The translations under genes and the position numbers were made by a program. Shown here piece by piece: positions 38,746 to 48,987 of a stretch of 64,000 bases of DNA. Source of the DNA: a bacterium (GTDB taxonomy: Bacteria; Patescibacteriota; Dojkabacteria; JAKAPS01; JAJZLI01); the NCBI GenBank assembly GCA_021810605.1, contig JAJZIL010000001.1, forward strand, positions 67,412-131,411, read 5' to 3'. Every line of letters starts with the position of its first letter. Position 1 is the stretch's first letter. Under the pieces are notes generated by a model, which was given only the letters and a program-made list of their open reading frames with translations, was not told the origin of the DNA and made no database searches.

Positions 38746-40173
38746 TTATTCGTTTGGAGGGACTGTGTAATTGCCATTCGTTATCTTTATGAGTAGAGAC
38801 AATACCTCACTTTGTGCTTGAGAAAGAGTAATCTTTCCTGATATTACTGTATCAAATATATTTGATACAGCTCTGTAATCACCTATTTTCCAAGATTTTG
38901 AACTTGGAGCCATTTGTATAAATGGAATCATATATTTATATTGTGTAGCAAGATTAGCCATATCTACTCTAGGAAATATTTCTCCAACAACTTCATTATT
39001 TTTAAGCTCATTATTATATAGTTGTTGTAGTACACTTTTAGAGTCTAAGTACCTTACAAATTGCCAAGCTGCTGTTGGATGTTGAGAGTATTTAGTAACA
39101 GCCTTTGCAAAATATAAAGAAAGATTTACAGTTTTTCCTGGTAATTGTGGTGGTGTAGCTACTCCTAAATCAATATTGGGATTTAATTTTAATATATTTT
39201 GTATTTCCCAAGATGGTTCAAAAACCATAGCAACTGAACCTCCAGCAAATGCAGATACAGAGTTAGGAAAAGTAGCTTCCCATCCATCTTCTGCAGCAAT
39301 AGAATTATATAGATTTAGTGCTTCTTGACCATTTTGCCCATTTGCAAAAGTTACTGCACTAGAAGATAGCATACTAGTATTATTTATAAACATTAAATAG
39401 GTGAGGATGTTATAGGCATTATTTATATTAGAGGTATTAGTACCTATATCTACTGCAGCTTGAGTTACATTTCCATTACTATCTTTTACTACTAGTTTAG
39501 GTATTTGAGATACAAATGTATTTATATTTTCAGAAGGTGCAGATAACCCAGCTTTTGCAAATTCAGTTTTATTATATAATAAGGCTAATCCATCATAATT
39601 TTCAGGTAATGCATAAATCTTTCCTTGACTAGTAAGGTCATTTACAGCTGTTGTATAGAAAAGATTCTGGAATTGAGACATATCTATTACAGATGAAGGA
39701 GCAGGTGATAGGAATTTTTGATATATAGGAAGATAGGTATTTCCAATAGGAACTATATCAGGTTCATTTATCCCAGAAGAGAGTTTATTAAAAAGAGAAC
39801 TTTCATAATAAGTAGATGGGACTAATGTATATTGTATTTTTATTCCAGGATGAAGTTTTTCATATTCTTTTATAACCGGCTCATAAACACTCGCAGGTTG
39901 TCTTATTCCCCACATAGTTAGAGTTATATTATTATATTGAGTATTAACTTTTCTGTATTCTAAATAATATATTACTAATGATCCTATGATAAGTATTAGT
40001 ACAAAAGATATTATTCCTATATATATTAATCTTTTCTTTTTTCTTCTAATTTCATTAATCTCTACAAATGTATTATCTGTCAAAGCATTTTGAGAATCAT
40101 TAGATATGACATCCTCTTTTTTAGGCTCAGGTGTCTGAGTAGGAGTATTTGTATTCTGATTGTTATCTTGCAT
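38746..40173 (-). CDS. Membrane-anchored sugar-type solute-binding protein (SBP family 1)
   Basis: TM anchor, LTMWG, YEKLHPGIKIQY, GKIYALP, LLYNKTEF, FAGGSVAM and AAWQFV motifs. Confidence 0.88.
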   Translation of the reverse strand: MQDNNQNTNTPTQTPEPKKEDVISNDSQNALTDNTFVEINEIRRKKKRLIYIGIISFVLILIIGSLVIYYLEYRKVNTQYNNITLTMWGIRQPASVYEPVIKEYEKLHPGIKIQYTLVPSTYYESSLFNKLSSGINEPDIVPIGNTYLPIYQKFLSPAPSSVIDMSQFQNLFYTTAVNDLTSQGKIYALPENYDGLALLYNKTEFAKAGLSAPSENINTFVSQIPKLVVKDSNGNVTQAAVDIGTNTSNINNAYNILTYLMFINNTSMLSSSAVTFANGQNGQEALNLYNSIAAEDGWEATFPNSVSAFAGGSVAMVFEPSWEIQNILKLNPNIDLGVATPPQLPGKTVNLSLYFAKAVTKYSQHPTAAWQFVRYLDSKSVLQQLYNNELKNNEVVGEIFPRVDMANLATQYKYMIPFIQMAPSSKSWKIGDYRAVSNIFDTVISGKITLSQAQSEVLSLLIKITNGNYTVPPNE

Positions 40174-40181
40174 AATATATA

Positions 40182-41042
40182 CTATATATTATTAACATAA
40201 TCTTTCAATTCAGTCCAGAGTTCTGGATTTTCCTTAGCGTACTCTAGTGTAGTCTTTAGAAAATTTAGAGGGTCTCCTGTAGTTAACCATTTTCCATCTA
40301 TTTTTGTTGCAAGTACTTTATCAGAATGAGTTAGTCTTGATATTGCATCTGTAAGCCAAAGTTCATTGTTTTTCCCAAGATTTTTTTTTGCAAGCTCTTC
40401 TATTACATCTTGATTTAAAATATATCTTCCAAAAGAAACTAAGTTGGAAGTAGTATCTTCAATCTTTGGTTTTTCAACAATACTTTTAACAGTTACTCCA
40501 TCTTCTTTAAGTTGAACATTACTATATTTACTAATTTCTTCTCTTGGTAACTCCTGTGTTGCTAGAACTATATTCCCATGATGTTTATATGAAAAATCAA
40601 TTAACTGTTTAGTTGCAGGAATTTTTGATTTTACAATATCATCTCCAAACATATATACAAAGTTCTCCTCATCTTTTATTAGATTTTGAGCTACAAGAAG
40701 AGGTGTTCCATTTCCATAAGGTAGATGCTTTTTTTGTCTGACATAGATGTAATTAGCTTTTTTAGGAAGTTCTTTTAATTCTTCCAATATTTCTAATTTT
40801 CCACTTTCTTCAAGATGAAACTCTAAGTCAATATTATTATCAAAATGACTTTCTAGAGTATATTGCCCTCTTGTTACCATTATTATGTCCTTAATTCCAG
40901 AATCAATCAATTCTTCTACAAGATATTGAATAATTGGTTTGTTTATAATAGGGAGCATTTCTTTTGGCTGTACCTTAGTTGCAGGTAAAAATCTTGTTCC
41001 ATAGCCAGCCAGTGCTATTACTGCTTTTGTAATTTTATTCAT
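40182..41042 (-). CDS. galU: UTP--glucose-1-phosphate uridylyltransferase
   Basis: AGYGTRFLPATKVQPKEMLP, VEKP, GRY and ELWLTDA motifs. Confidence 0.93.
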   Translation of the reverse strand: MNKITKAVIALAGYGTRFLPATKVQPKEMLPIINKPIIQYLVEELIDSGIKDIIMVTRGQYTLESHFDNNIDLEFHLEESGKLEILEELKELPKKANYIYVRQKKHLPYGNGTPLLVAQNLIKDEENFVYMFGDDIVKSKIPATKQLIDFSYKHHGNIVLATQELPREEISKYSNVQLKEDGVTVKSIVEKPKIEDTTSNLVSFGRYILNQDVIEELAKKNLGKNNELWLTDAISRLTHSDKVLATKIDGKWLTTGDPLNFLKTTLEYAKENPELWTELKDYVNNI

Positions 41043-41122
41043 AAATATTATTCTATATCATATCAAGTATAAAATACAAATCTAGCTTTAAATATTATTA
41101 TCTTTATGATATCTTATATAGT

Positions 41123-43189
41123 ATGGAGAATACTGAAAATGCGCATGCAGTACCACAAAATATAATGAGTGTCGAGTTCAAATTGATAGGAGATTTGTCT
41201 TTGAAACAATTTGTTTTTATAGCTGTTCCTCTGACACTAGGTTTTATAATGTATGTTTTTCATGTAAATAATTATATAACAATTGTATTTACTGGTTTTT
41301 TACTTCTAATAGCACTATTTATAGATTTTGTTCCTGTAGATGATAGACCATTAGATGATTTAATAGTAAATTTTTTAATTGCAATTAAAAACCCAACACA
41401 AAGAGTTTGGAGAAAAAATCCAGAATTTCCAAATATACTTAAAATTCCTAAAATATTAATGCCACAAGAAAAAAAGGATAGTGAAATTGCTACATTTATG
41501 TATCAATCTCCAATAGATAGTAATCTTAATTCACCTTCATCTTCAGATGCTTCGAAATTTTTAGATCAAAGAGAGAAAATTCTTATTGATAATATAGATA
41601 AATTAAATGATTCTCTCAATTCTACACCATCTGGAAACTCAATGGTATCTCCTTCTATTAATAATAATATTCCTTCTTCAGGGATGAATATAAATCCTCC
41701 TTTTATAAATCCATCAGGGAATAATATTAATTCTAATAATCCTCAGAAAGATGAAGTTAATCAATCACAAAATGTAGGAATGGGAACTGGGAATACGAGT
41801 TCGAATATATCATCTCAAAATTTAGGGAATAATAATTCTCCATTTGTTAATAATATTGGAGTAGACCAAAATTTATCGAAATCATCCTCTTTTTCTAATA
41901 ACAATAGTGTAAATGTATTGGAACCTCTAAGAAAACCAGATCCAAAAGATTTCTATAAAAAGTCTTCTGAAGATAATATTGAACATCCTATAAACACTGC
42001 AGTTTTTAATACAGGAAGTATTCCTACAGTTGATCCTAATATTAATCCTCAGAATCCATTTAATTCTGGAGTAGGGAATATTAGTTCAAATTTTGTTCCT
42101 AATACTCCACCTATAACAAATCCTAATATGGGAGTACCTCAAATGAATATTCCAAAAGTAGATAAGAATTATATTAATCCTAATAACAACCCTCCTATAC
42201 AAAATGAAATTAATAACTTCTCTCAACAACCAAGTGTAAATTTGCCACCTATACAACCAGATACAAATATTTCTCAGGGGCAGAATACTGTTCAATCTCT
42301 AACTCAAACAACAGTATCTACTTCATTTGATAGTAATTTAAGTGAACCTCCTGATACTTCGAGTGTGTCAGTAGATACAAATGCTATTCCTCATTCTTAT
42401 GATTATCTATCTTCCTCACCTTCAGAGACTCCTAAAATAGATGAAAATATTGTTAGTCAAACTGTAAATACTAATAAAACTCTTGATCCAGATATTGATA
42501 TAAAAAAAATACTTGAGAAACTAGAAAAACTTGAGAAAGAAAATGATAAGTTAAAAAAACAAGTTGATGAGCAAAATGAAAAAATTGATATAGCTCAAGA
42601 AGTCATAGATCAAAAAAATAGACAAGATGAAATTAATGTATCTAACGTATCCTCGGAGACTCCTTCTCCAAGTCCACAAGATGATATTTCTAATACATTG
42701 GGTATTAATCCTGTATTTGAAAATAATTCTATTCAACCTAGTGTAGATACTACAATTTTAGATTCTAAGAATCAGAAGGAAATTCCTTCTGAAAATAACT
42801 TAAGTTCCTCTATGACTAATCTTACATCACAATCTAATGTATCTACTCAGAATCCAGAGACTACAAAGTCTTCTAAGCAAGAGAGTTTGAAGAAAGAAGA
42901 TATTTTAAAATACCTTCCAGATTTTGTCAGTAATCCGAATATAATCTCTGGTGTAGTTATGAAAAATACAGGGCAGATCCTTCCTGATACAGTAATAATA
43001 ATAAAAGATTCTTCACAAAAACCAGTTAGAGCTATTAAGACTAATCAATTAGGACAATTCTTTATTAGGACTCCTCTTTTGTCAGGAACGTATAATTTAG
43101 AAATTGCATATCAAGGTTTGACATTTGATCCTATCTTTATAGAACTTGATGATACTGTTAAGGATCCTATGTTAATTTATTCAAAATAA
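41123..43189 (+). CDS. PrgI-family protein with long disordered linker and C-terminal carboxypeptidase-regulatory-like beta-sandwich
   Basis: VPQNI..EFKLIGDLSLKQF, 2 TMs and DDRPLD (PrgI); N/S/P/Q-rich linker with coiled coil; ISGVV...KTNQLGQF...GTYNLEI. Confidence 0.82.
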   Translation: MENTENAHAVPQNIMSVEFKLIGDLSLKQFVFIAVPLTLGFIMYVFHVNNYITIVFTGFLLLIALFIDFVPVDDRPLDDLIVNFLIAIKNPTQRVWRKNPEFPNILKIPKILMPQEKKDSEIATFMYQSPIDSNLNSPSSSDASKFLDQREKILIDNIDKLNDSLNSTPSGNSMVSPSINNNIPSSGMNINPPFINPSGNNINSNNPQKDEVNQSQNVGMGTGNTSSNISSQNLGNNNSPFVNNIGVDQNLSKSSSFSNNNSVNVLEPLRKPDPKDFYKKSSEDNIEHPINTAVFNTGSIPTVDPNINPQNPFNSGVGNISSNFVPNTPPITNPNMGVPQMNIPKVDKNYINPNNNPPIQNEINNFSQQPSVNLPPIQPDTNISQGQNTVQSLTQTTVSTSFDSNLSEPPDTSSVSVDTNAIPHSYDYLSSSPSETPKIDENIVSQTVNTNKTLDPDIDIKKILEKLEKLEKENDKLKKQVDEQNEKIDIAQEVIDQKNRQDEINVSNVSSETPSPSPQDDISNTLGINPVFENNSIQPSVDTTILDSKNQKEIPSENNLSSSMTNLTSQSNVSTQNPETTKSSKQESLKKEDILKYLPDFVSNPNIISGVVMKNTGQILPDTVIIIKDSSQKPVRAIKTNQLGQFFIRTPLLSGTYNLEIAYQGLTFDPIFIELDDTVKDPMLIYSK

Positions 43190-43201
43190 GATTTAATAGT
43201 T

Positions 43202-43888
43202 ATGGCTTTATTTGGAAATTCAACACAAAATAATACTCCTATTGTAGCAACTACACAGGATCATCTTAATATATATGATATAAAGGATAATTTTTTAATA
43301 TTAAAGGATAAGAATGTATGTGTAGTAATTGAAACTTCTGCAGTAAATTTTTATCTATTATCTGAAGTAGAGCAGAATTCTAAAATATATGCTTTTGCAG
43401 GAATGCTTAATTCTCTTGGTTTTTATATACAGGTAATGATTCATACTGAAAATGTTGATATATCTTCATATCTTAAAAATATAGATGAATATAAGATAAA
43501 ACAGCAAGACCCTAAGATAAAATATCAAATTGATATATATAGAAAATTTGTTAAAGATCTTATTGTTAAAAATAATGTTTTAGATAAGCATTTTTATATT
43601 GTAATTCCATATCTAACACTTATGCCTAAAAAACCTAGTTTTACTAGTAAAATTTTTGGGAAAGAAGATTCTAATTTTGATGTTGACAGTATGATTTCAC
43701 AGTCATCTTCAAGACTTATTCCTAGAAGGGATCATGTTATAAGACAGCTTTCTAGAATGGGATTAAAATCCAAACAGCTTGAGAGTGCTGAACTTATAAA
43801 ACTTTTTTATAATATATATAATCCTATGAATGCTAAAATTAGAGAAGGTTTTGATGAATATACTAGTCCTATTGTAACTTATAAATAA
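43202..43888 (+). CDS. TrsD/TraC-like protein resembling the VirB4 N-terminal region
   Basis: TQDHLNIYDIKD, VNFYLLSEVEQ, MLNSL and FYIVIPY motifs; lies between prgI and virB4. Confidence 0.7.
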   Translation: MALFGNSTQNNTPIVATTQDHLNIYDIKDNFLILKDKNVCVVIETSAVNFYLLSEVEQNSKIYAFAGMLNSLGFYIQVMIHTENVDISSYLKNIDEYKIKQQDPKIKYQIDIYRKFVKDLIVKNNVLDKHFYIVIPYLTLMPKKPSFTSKIFGKEDSNFDVDSMISQSSSRLIPRRDHVIRQLSRMGLKSKQLESAELIKLFYNIYNPMNAKIREGFDEYTSPIVTYK

Positions 43889-43890
43889 AT

Positions 43891-46401
43891 ATGAAAATAC
43901 CTTTTAATCTTTTAAAAAATAATGATAATAATCAGACAAATAATGTAGTTCAGGGGTCTATCGATAATCCTGTGATTGAAGGGAATCCTAATTATAAGAA
44001 TACAGATCCAGTTTCTTCTTTTGGTATGGGGATAAATTCAATTAAGGATATTATTGCTCCCCCTTCAATAGAGGTTGATTTCTCTCATATAAAAATAGGT
44101 GAGAAATTTTATAGAACATATTTTGTATTAGCATACCCTAGATATGTTGTTCCAAATTGGCTTTCTCCTCTTATCACATTTGAGCATTCAATTGATATAA
44201 GTATGTTTTATTATCCTATTAATGCTGCAGCTGTAATAACTAAACTTAGAAATAAGATTGCTGAGATGGAAGCTTCTACAAATAATCTAATAGAATCTGG
44301 AAAGGTGATGGATCCTAATTTGAAAGTTGCTTTATCAGATGCGAAGGAATTACAAGAAAATTTAGCAAAAGGAGCGGAGAGATACTTTCATTTTGCATTA
44401 TATGTGACAGTAAGGGCTGGTAGTCAAAATGAGTTAGAAGATATTTCTAAAAATTTAGAGTCTACAATGGGTGCAATGTCACTTATTATAAAACCATCAA
44501 CACTTCAGATGGAAGAAGGTTTTTTATCAACACTTCCTTCAGCAAGTGACAAGCTCTATTATACACATAATATGGATACAACATCCATTGCAACAACTTT
44601 TCCTTTTGTATCCTCTGAGCTTACTTCTGATAGAGGTGTACTATATGGTATTAATAAAGCCAATAAAAGTTTAGTAGTATTTGATCGATTTGAATTAGAA
44701 AATGCTAATTCAGTTATTTTTGCAAAGTCAGGTGCAGGAAAAAGTTATTTAGTAAAGTTAGAGGCATTAAGATCTTTAATGTTAGGAACACAGATAATAA
44801 TAGTGGATCCAGAGAGTGAGTATGAACAGTTATGTAAATCTTTAAATGGTGTGTATATAACATTTTCTCAAGATACTGGATCTAAGATAAATCCTTTTGA
44901 TCTATCAGGTGTTTATGAAGAAGGTGAAGATGAATTAAGGTTTAAAATTCTTTCTCTACATGGTCTTTTTAAAGTTATGTTAGGTGAAGATGGAGGAATT
45001 AGTAGTATGGAAAATGCTATTTTAGACAAAGCTTTGATTTTGACATATCGAGATAAAGGCATAACATTTGATCCTGATACACAAACAAAACAACCACCAT
45101 TAATGGAAGATCTATATAAGATTCTTCAATCAATGGAAGAGCAAGAAGCACATTCTTTAGCACAAAGGTTAGAAAAATATGTTAAAGGTTCTGCTTCTGG
45201 AATTTTTGATCAACAGACAAATGTAAATTTAGATAATGACTTTATTGTTTTTTCAATAAAAGATCTTTCAGATGAATTAAGGCCAGTATCTATGTATTTA
45301 ATGTTAGATTTTATATGGACTAGGGTAAAGAAAGAGCTTAGGAGAAGGATTTTTATAATAGATGAAGCCTGGCTTTTAATGAAGTATCCAGATTCAGCAG
45401 AGTTTGTTTATGCAGTAGCAAAAAGAGCAAGGAAATATTATCTTGGACTGACAACTATTTCTCAGGATGTAGATGATTTTCTTTCTAGTGATTATGGAAA
45501 AGCTGTAGTGACTAACTCTTCAATACAGATATTATTGAGACAGTCTCCAACTGCAATGGATCATTTAGCAGAAGTATTTTATCTTTCTGCAGGGGAGAAA
45601 AATTTATTGCTTAGTGCGGAAGTAGGAGAAGGAATATTTTTTGTTGGAGCTAATCATGTGGCAATCCAGGTTCTTTCATCTGAATATGAAAATACTCTTA
45701 TAACAACAAATCCTGAAGAAATATTAAAAATGAGGAGAAGTCAGTCATCTTTAGACAGAATTGTTCCTAATAATGCAATGAATGAGAACTCTAAAGTGTA
45801 CACTGTAAATAATCCAAAAATAGTAGTAAATATGTCTCAAAATAAGTCTAATACAATATCTGATACAGAAGAAAATACAAATTTAAATCCTTTAGAGAAT
45901 GAGAATGTATTATTTGATGATAGTACAGCTCAAGATACTAATAATACAGCTCCAAATATTAATAATTTTGATCTGTCTGGTGATACTGCAGATAATTCTA
46001 GTGCTATTCAAACTCAAAATGAATTTATTGATACTACAGAAAATTTAAATATTCCTCCTGTAGATAATAATTCTAATCCAATTATTACTCAAAATATGGA
46101 GGAAAACGTTTCTAGTACTAATGATCAAATACCTAATCCTAATTTAGGACAAAGTATTAATGCAGTTCCAGATTTTAACACAAGTACTCAAAGTGATAAT
46201 GGTGTAGATATTCCAACTGAATCTATTCCAGATACTGTAGATATTTCATCTACAAATAGACCTAATGTTAATCCTATTACTCAAGATGCTCAAAAAAATC
46301 AGGTAGAAAGCTCTTATGATACAATAGATACCAATTTAGGAACAACATATTCATTTAAGAATTTTACCCAAGAGAATCCTGTGAATAATTCTCCTCAATA
46401 A
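43891..46401 (+). CDS. virB4: VirB4/TraE-family ATPase with disordered C-terminal tail
   Basis: YPRYV..WL, FPF, AKSGAGKS Walker A, DPESEY, INPFD, IDEAW Walker B, RARKY and ISQD motifs. Confidence 0.9.
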   Translation: MKIPFNLLKNNDNNQTNNVVQGSIDNPVIEGNPNYKNTDPVSSFGMGINSIKDIIAPPSIEVDFSHIKIGEKFYRTYFVLAYPRYVVPNWLSPLITFEHSIDISMFYYPINAAAVITKLRNKIAEMEASTNNLIESGKVMDPNLKVALSDAKELQENLAKGAERYFHFALYVTVRAGSQNELEDISKNLESTMGAMSLIIKPSTLQMEEGFLSTLPSASDKLYYTHNMDTTSIATTFPFVSSELTSDRGVLYGINKANKSLVVFDRFELENANSVIFAKSGAGKSYLVKLEALRSLMLGTQIIIVDPESEYEQLCKSLNGVYITFSQDTGSKINPFDLSGVYEEGEDELRFKILSLHGLFKVMLGEDGGISSMENAILDKALILTYRDKGITFDPDTQTKQPPLMEDLYKILQSMEEQEAHSLAQRLEKYVKGSASGIFDQQTNVNLDNDFIVFSIKDLSDELRPVSMYLMLDFIWTRVKKELRRRIFIIDEAWLLMKYPDSAEFVYAVAKRARKYYLGLTTISQDVDDFLSSDYGKAVVTNSSIQILLRQSPTAMDHLAEVFYLSAGEKNLLLSAEVGEGIFFVGANHVAIQVLSSEYENTLITTNPEEILKMRRSQSSLDRIVPNNAMNENSKVYTVNNPKIVVNMSQNKSNTISDTEENTNLNPLENENVLFDDSTAQDTNNTAPNINNFDLSGDTADNSSAIQTQNEFIDTTENLNIPPVDNNSNPIITQNMEENVSSTNDQIPNPNLGQSINAVPDFNTSTQSDNGVDIPTESIPDTVDISSTNRPNVNPITQDAQKNQVESSYDTIDTNLGTTYSFKNFTQENPVNNSPQ

Positions 46402-46421
46402 TAGTAGTAAATAGAATATAT

Positions 46422-47153
46422 TTATGATATAAGTTTTGCTTTAACAATAAAACGTTGTGTTCCTATACCTGGAGGGATACAAGTCATAAGAGTAAGATAT
46501 CTTTTTCCTGGAGGATATTGTAATACAGATATATCATTAGGTGATACTACTTGTGTTTGAAATACCTCATATGTATAATTTTCTCCTTTGAATTTAGCAA
46601 ATATTTTATCACCAATTTTAAGTTGTAATATATTCGTAAATATTCCTAAAAAAGATGACGGATATAAATCTGCAAACCATTGTGGGGCAGAGTGCCCATA
46701 AATATATACATTTCCAACCTGTCCTGGAAGGGCAGTTCCCTTCATTTGAGCAAGTGAATTAACTAGAATTTTTTCATATGCATTTGTATTAAATCCATCA
46801 ACTTCAGATTTTACAGGAACATTATTAAGGTTTATGGTAGGAATAGATATATGGAAATAACCTGTATAGGTGTTATTTTTTTGAAAATTTTCTGCTTGTA
46901 TAATTTGTGAAAAATATGAAGCATTTGGATCTGCATTTACTATTTTTGTTTGGTATTGGTGGAATATATTCTGATCTATATAATAGTTGATTATGGGAGA
47001 GATAGCTATTATGACAAAAAACCCACCTACAAAAATTAGAAACATAGCACCATAATTAAATCTTTTTTTTGCTACTCTTGTTCTTTTTCTAGCATTTAAC
47101 TTAATTTTTGGAGGCTTATTATTAATCTTTTTTACATACATATATCTGGACAT
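46422..47153 (-). CDS. Sortase (class D/E-like)
   Basis: N-terminal TM; PGQVGNVYIYGHS (His), LTLMTC (Cys) and QRFIVKA (Arg) catalytic triad. Confidence 0.92.
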   Translation of the reverse strand: MSRYMYVKKINNKPPKIKLNARKRTRVAKKRFNYGAMFLIFVGGFFVIIAISPIINYYIDQNIFHQYQTKIVNADPNASYFSQIIQAENFQKNNTYTGYFHISIPTINLNNVPVKSEVDGFNTNAYEKILVNSLAQMKGTALPGQVGNVYIYGHSAPQWFADLYPSSFLGIFTNILQLKIGDKIFAKFKGENYTYEVFQTQVVSPNDISVLQYPPGKRYLTLMTCIPPGIGTQRFIVKAKLIS

Positions 47154-47219
47154 ACTTTTATTATAGCATTTATTTTACCTCTGTCAGTATATTGACTTAT
47201 ATGCTAAAATAATTCAGGT

Positions 47220-48317
47220 ATGAGTGATTATTATGAAATATTAGGCATATCCAAATCAGCAGACGAGAAAGAAATAAAAAGAGCATATAGAAAGCTTGCA
47301 GGTGAGTATCATCCTGATAAAAATAGTTCTCCTGATGCGGATAAAAAATTTAAAGAAATTAATGAGGCATACTCTGTTCTATCAGATAGTCAAAAAAGAG
47401 CTAATTATGATAGATTTGGAAATGCTGAGCCCTTTGGTCCTGGAGGAAATTCCGGTTCTGGTGGGTATGAAGAAAGTACTGGAGGATTTTCAAATTTCTC
47501 ATCTGCAGGGTTTGGAGGATTCGAGGATATATTCTCAGATTTTTTTGGAGGTAATTTTAATTTTTCTGATTCAAGAAATAGTAATAGTTCAAAGGACTCT
47601 TCTGGAGAAGATATTAGGGTTATAATTGATGTAACTCTAGAGGAGGTTATTTTCCCAACTGAGAGAGAAATTGCTTTTTATGCAATGAATAAATGTTCTC
47701 ACTGTAAAGGAACTGGATCTAAAAGTGGAAAAGTATCAGTTTGTAGTAATTGTAATGGAACCGGAAAGGTTAGAAAAGTAACTCAAAGTTTTATTGGAAA
47801 TATTGCAATGGAGAGTATCTGTAATACTTGTAAAGGTACTGGGAAGGTTATCTCAGATAAATGTAATTATTGTTTAGGTACAGGTAGGGTTAAGGAGATA
47901 AAAAAAATGAAAATTAAAATACCACAAGGTGCAAATGATGATACTGTACTAAAATTTGCTGGAGCAGGTTCAGTAGGTGAGAATAATGCTTCAAGTGGTG
48001 ATTTATATATAAATATTAAAGTGGCACAACATAAATTATATAAAAGACAAGGGAATGATCTTTTAGGAGTAGTTACTATTGATATCCCTACAGCTGTATT
48101 AGGAGGTATAGTTCCTGTTCAGACAATATATGAGAAAGTTAACTTAAAAATACCTTCAGGAGTACAAGATGGAGAGAAATTTAAGATAAAGAATAAAGGA
48201 GTTCCTTTTCTTCATGGACACAAGGTAGGAGATTATATAGTAACAATTAAAATTAATATACCTAAACATCTTTCTTTTAAAGAAAAAAAGTTATATCAAG
48301 AATTGAAAGATATATAA
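47220..48317 (+). CDS. dnaJ: Chaperone DnaJ
   Basis: J domain with HPD, G/F region and four CxxCxGxG repeats. Confidence 0.97.
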   Translation: MSDYYEILGISKSADEKEIKRAYRKLAGEYHPDKNSSPDADKKFKEINEAYSVLSDSQKRANYDRFGNAEPFGPGGNSGSGGYEESTGGFSNFSSAGFGGFEDIFSDFFGGNFNFSDSRNSNSSKDSSGEDIRVIIDVTLEEVIFPTEREIAFYAMNKCSHCKGTGSKSGKVSVCSNCNGTGKVRKVTQSFIGNIAMESICNTCKGTGKVISDKCNYCLGTGRVKEIKKMKIKIPQGANDDTVLKFAGAGSVGENNASSGDLYINIKVAQHKLYKRQGNDLLGVVTIDIPTAVLGGIVPVQTIYEKVNLKIPSGVQDGEKFKIKNKGVPFLHGHKVGDYIVTIKINIPKHLSFKEKKLYQELKDI

Positions 48318-48441
48318 TAATCTAAGTTTAATTTAGATTCCTATAGATTTTAATAATAAATCTAAATTTTTGTTTGAATATAAAATTGTACACTTAAGAA
48401 GAATTTTCCTATTTTATTATTAAAGGATACTCATCATAATA

Positions 48442-48987
48442 TTAGATGTTTTGTAATGTAGTTATAGTTTTTATTATTTGAAAATCCTCTCTAAGGACAG
48501 ACTTCATATTAGGATTATATAATCCTACTGCTGGATGATAAAGTGGAATAATTTTATATTTTCCATATTTAAAAACTTTGCCATGTATTTGAGATATTTT
48601 TCTATCTTTTAGGAATAATGAAGTAGAATATCTTCCGAGGGTACATATAAGAATAGGGTCAATTAATTTTATTTGTATTTTTAAATAAGGGGAACAGGCA
48701 TTGATCTCATCTTCTTTAGGATCCCTATTTTGAGGTGGTCTACATTTTACTATATTTGTAATAAATATATCTTCTCTTTTAAGATTTATACTTTCTAACA
48801 ACTCATCAAGAATTTTTCCTGACCTTCCACAAAAAGGTATTCCTTCTCTATCCTCATTCTCTCCTGGAGCTTCTCCTATAAAGAATATTTTAGAGTGAAT
48901 ATTACCTTCTCCTGGTACTGCATTTTTTCTATCTTTGCATAAGTTACACTTATTGCAGTTAATAATTTCTTTTCTTATCTTATCCAT
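48442..48987 (-). CDS. Uracil-DNA glycosylase family 4
   Basis: CNKCNLC, GEAPG, KCRPPQNRDP and YHPA motifs. Confidence 0.95.
   Translation of the reverse strand: MDKIRKEIINCNKCNLCKDRKNAVPGEGNIHSKIFFIGEAPGENEDREGIPFCGRSGKILDELLESINLKREDIFITNIVKCRPPQNRDPKEDEINACSPYLKIQIKLIDPILICTLGRYSTSLFLKDRKISQIHGKVFKYGKYKIIPLYHPAVGLYNPNMKSVLREDFQIIKTITTLQNI

Noticed and set aside
41500-42900. Tandem repeats or a DGR-like variable region in the PrgI linker
   Set aside because: The sequence is low-complexity, but no discrete repeat unit, TR/VR pair or reverse transcriptase was seen.
41123-46401. Integrative conjugative element
   Set aside because: No integrase, relaxase, coupling protein, flanking repeats or tRNA target was seen, and the neighbours are housekeeping genes.
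47181-47207. CIRCE upstream of dnaJ (CTGTCAGTA-N9-ATATGCTAA)
   Set aside because: The match is too degenerate, and the TGCTAA is explained by the extended -10 element.
48318-48366. Two short hairpins between the convergent dnaJ and udg genes
   Set aside because: AT-rich 7-bp stems are too weak to call as a terminator or repeat element.
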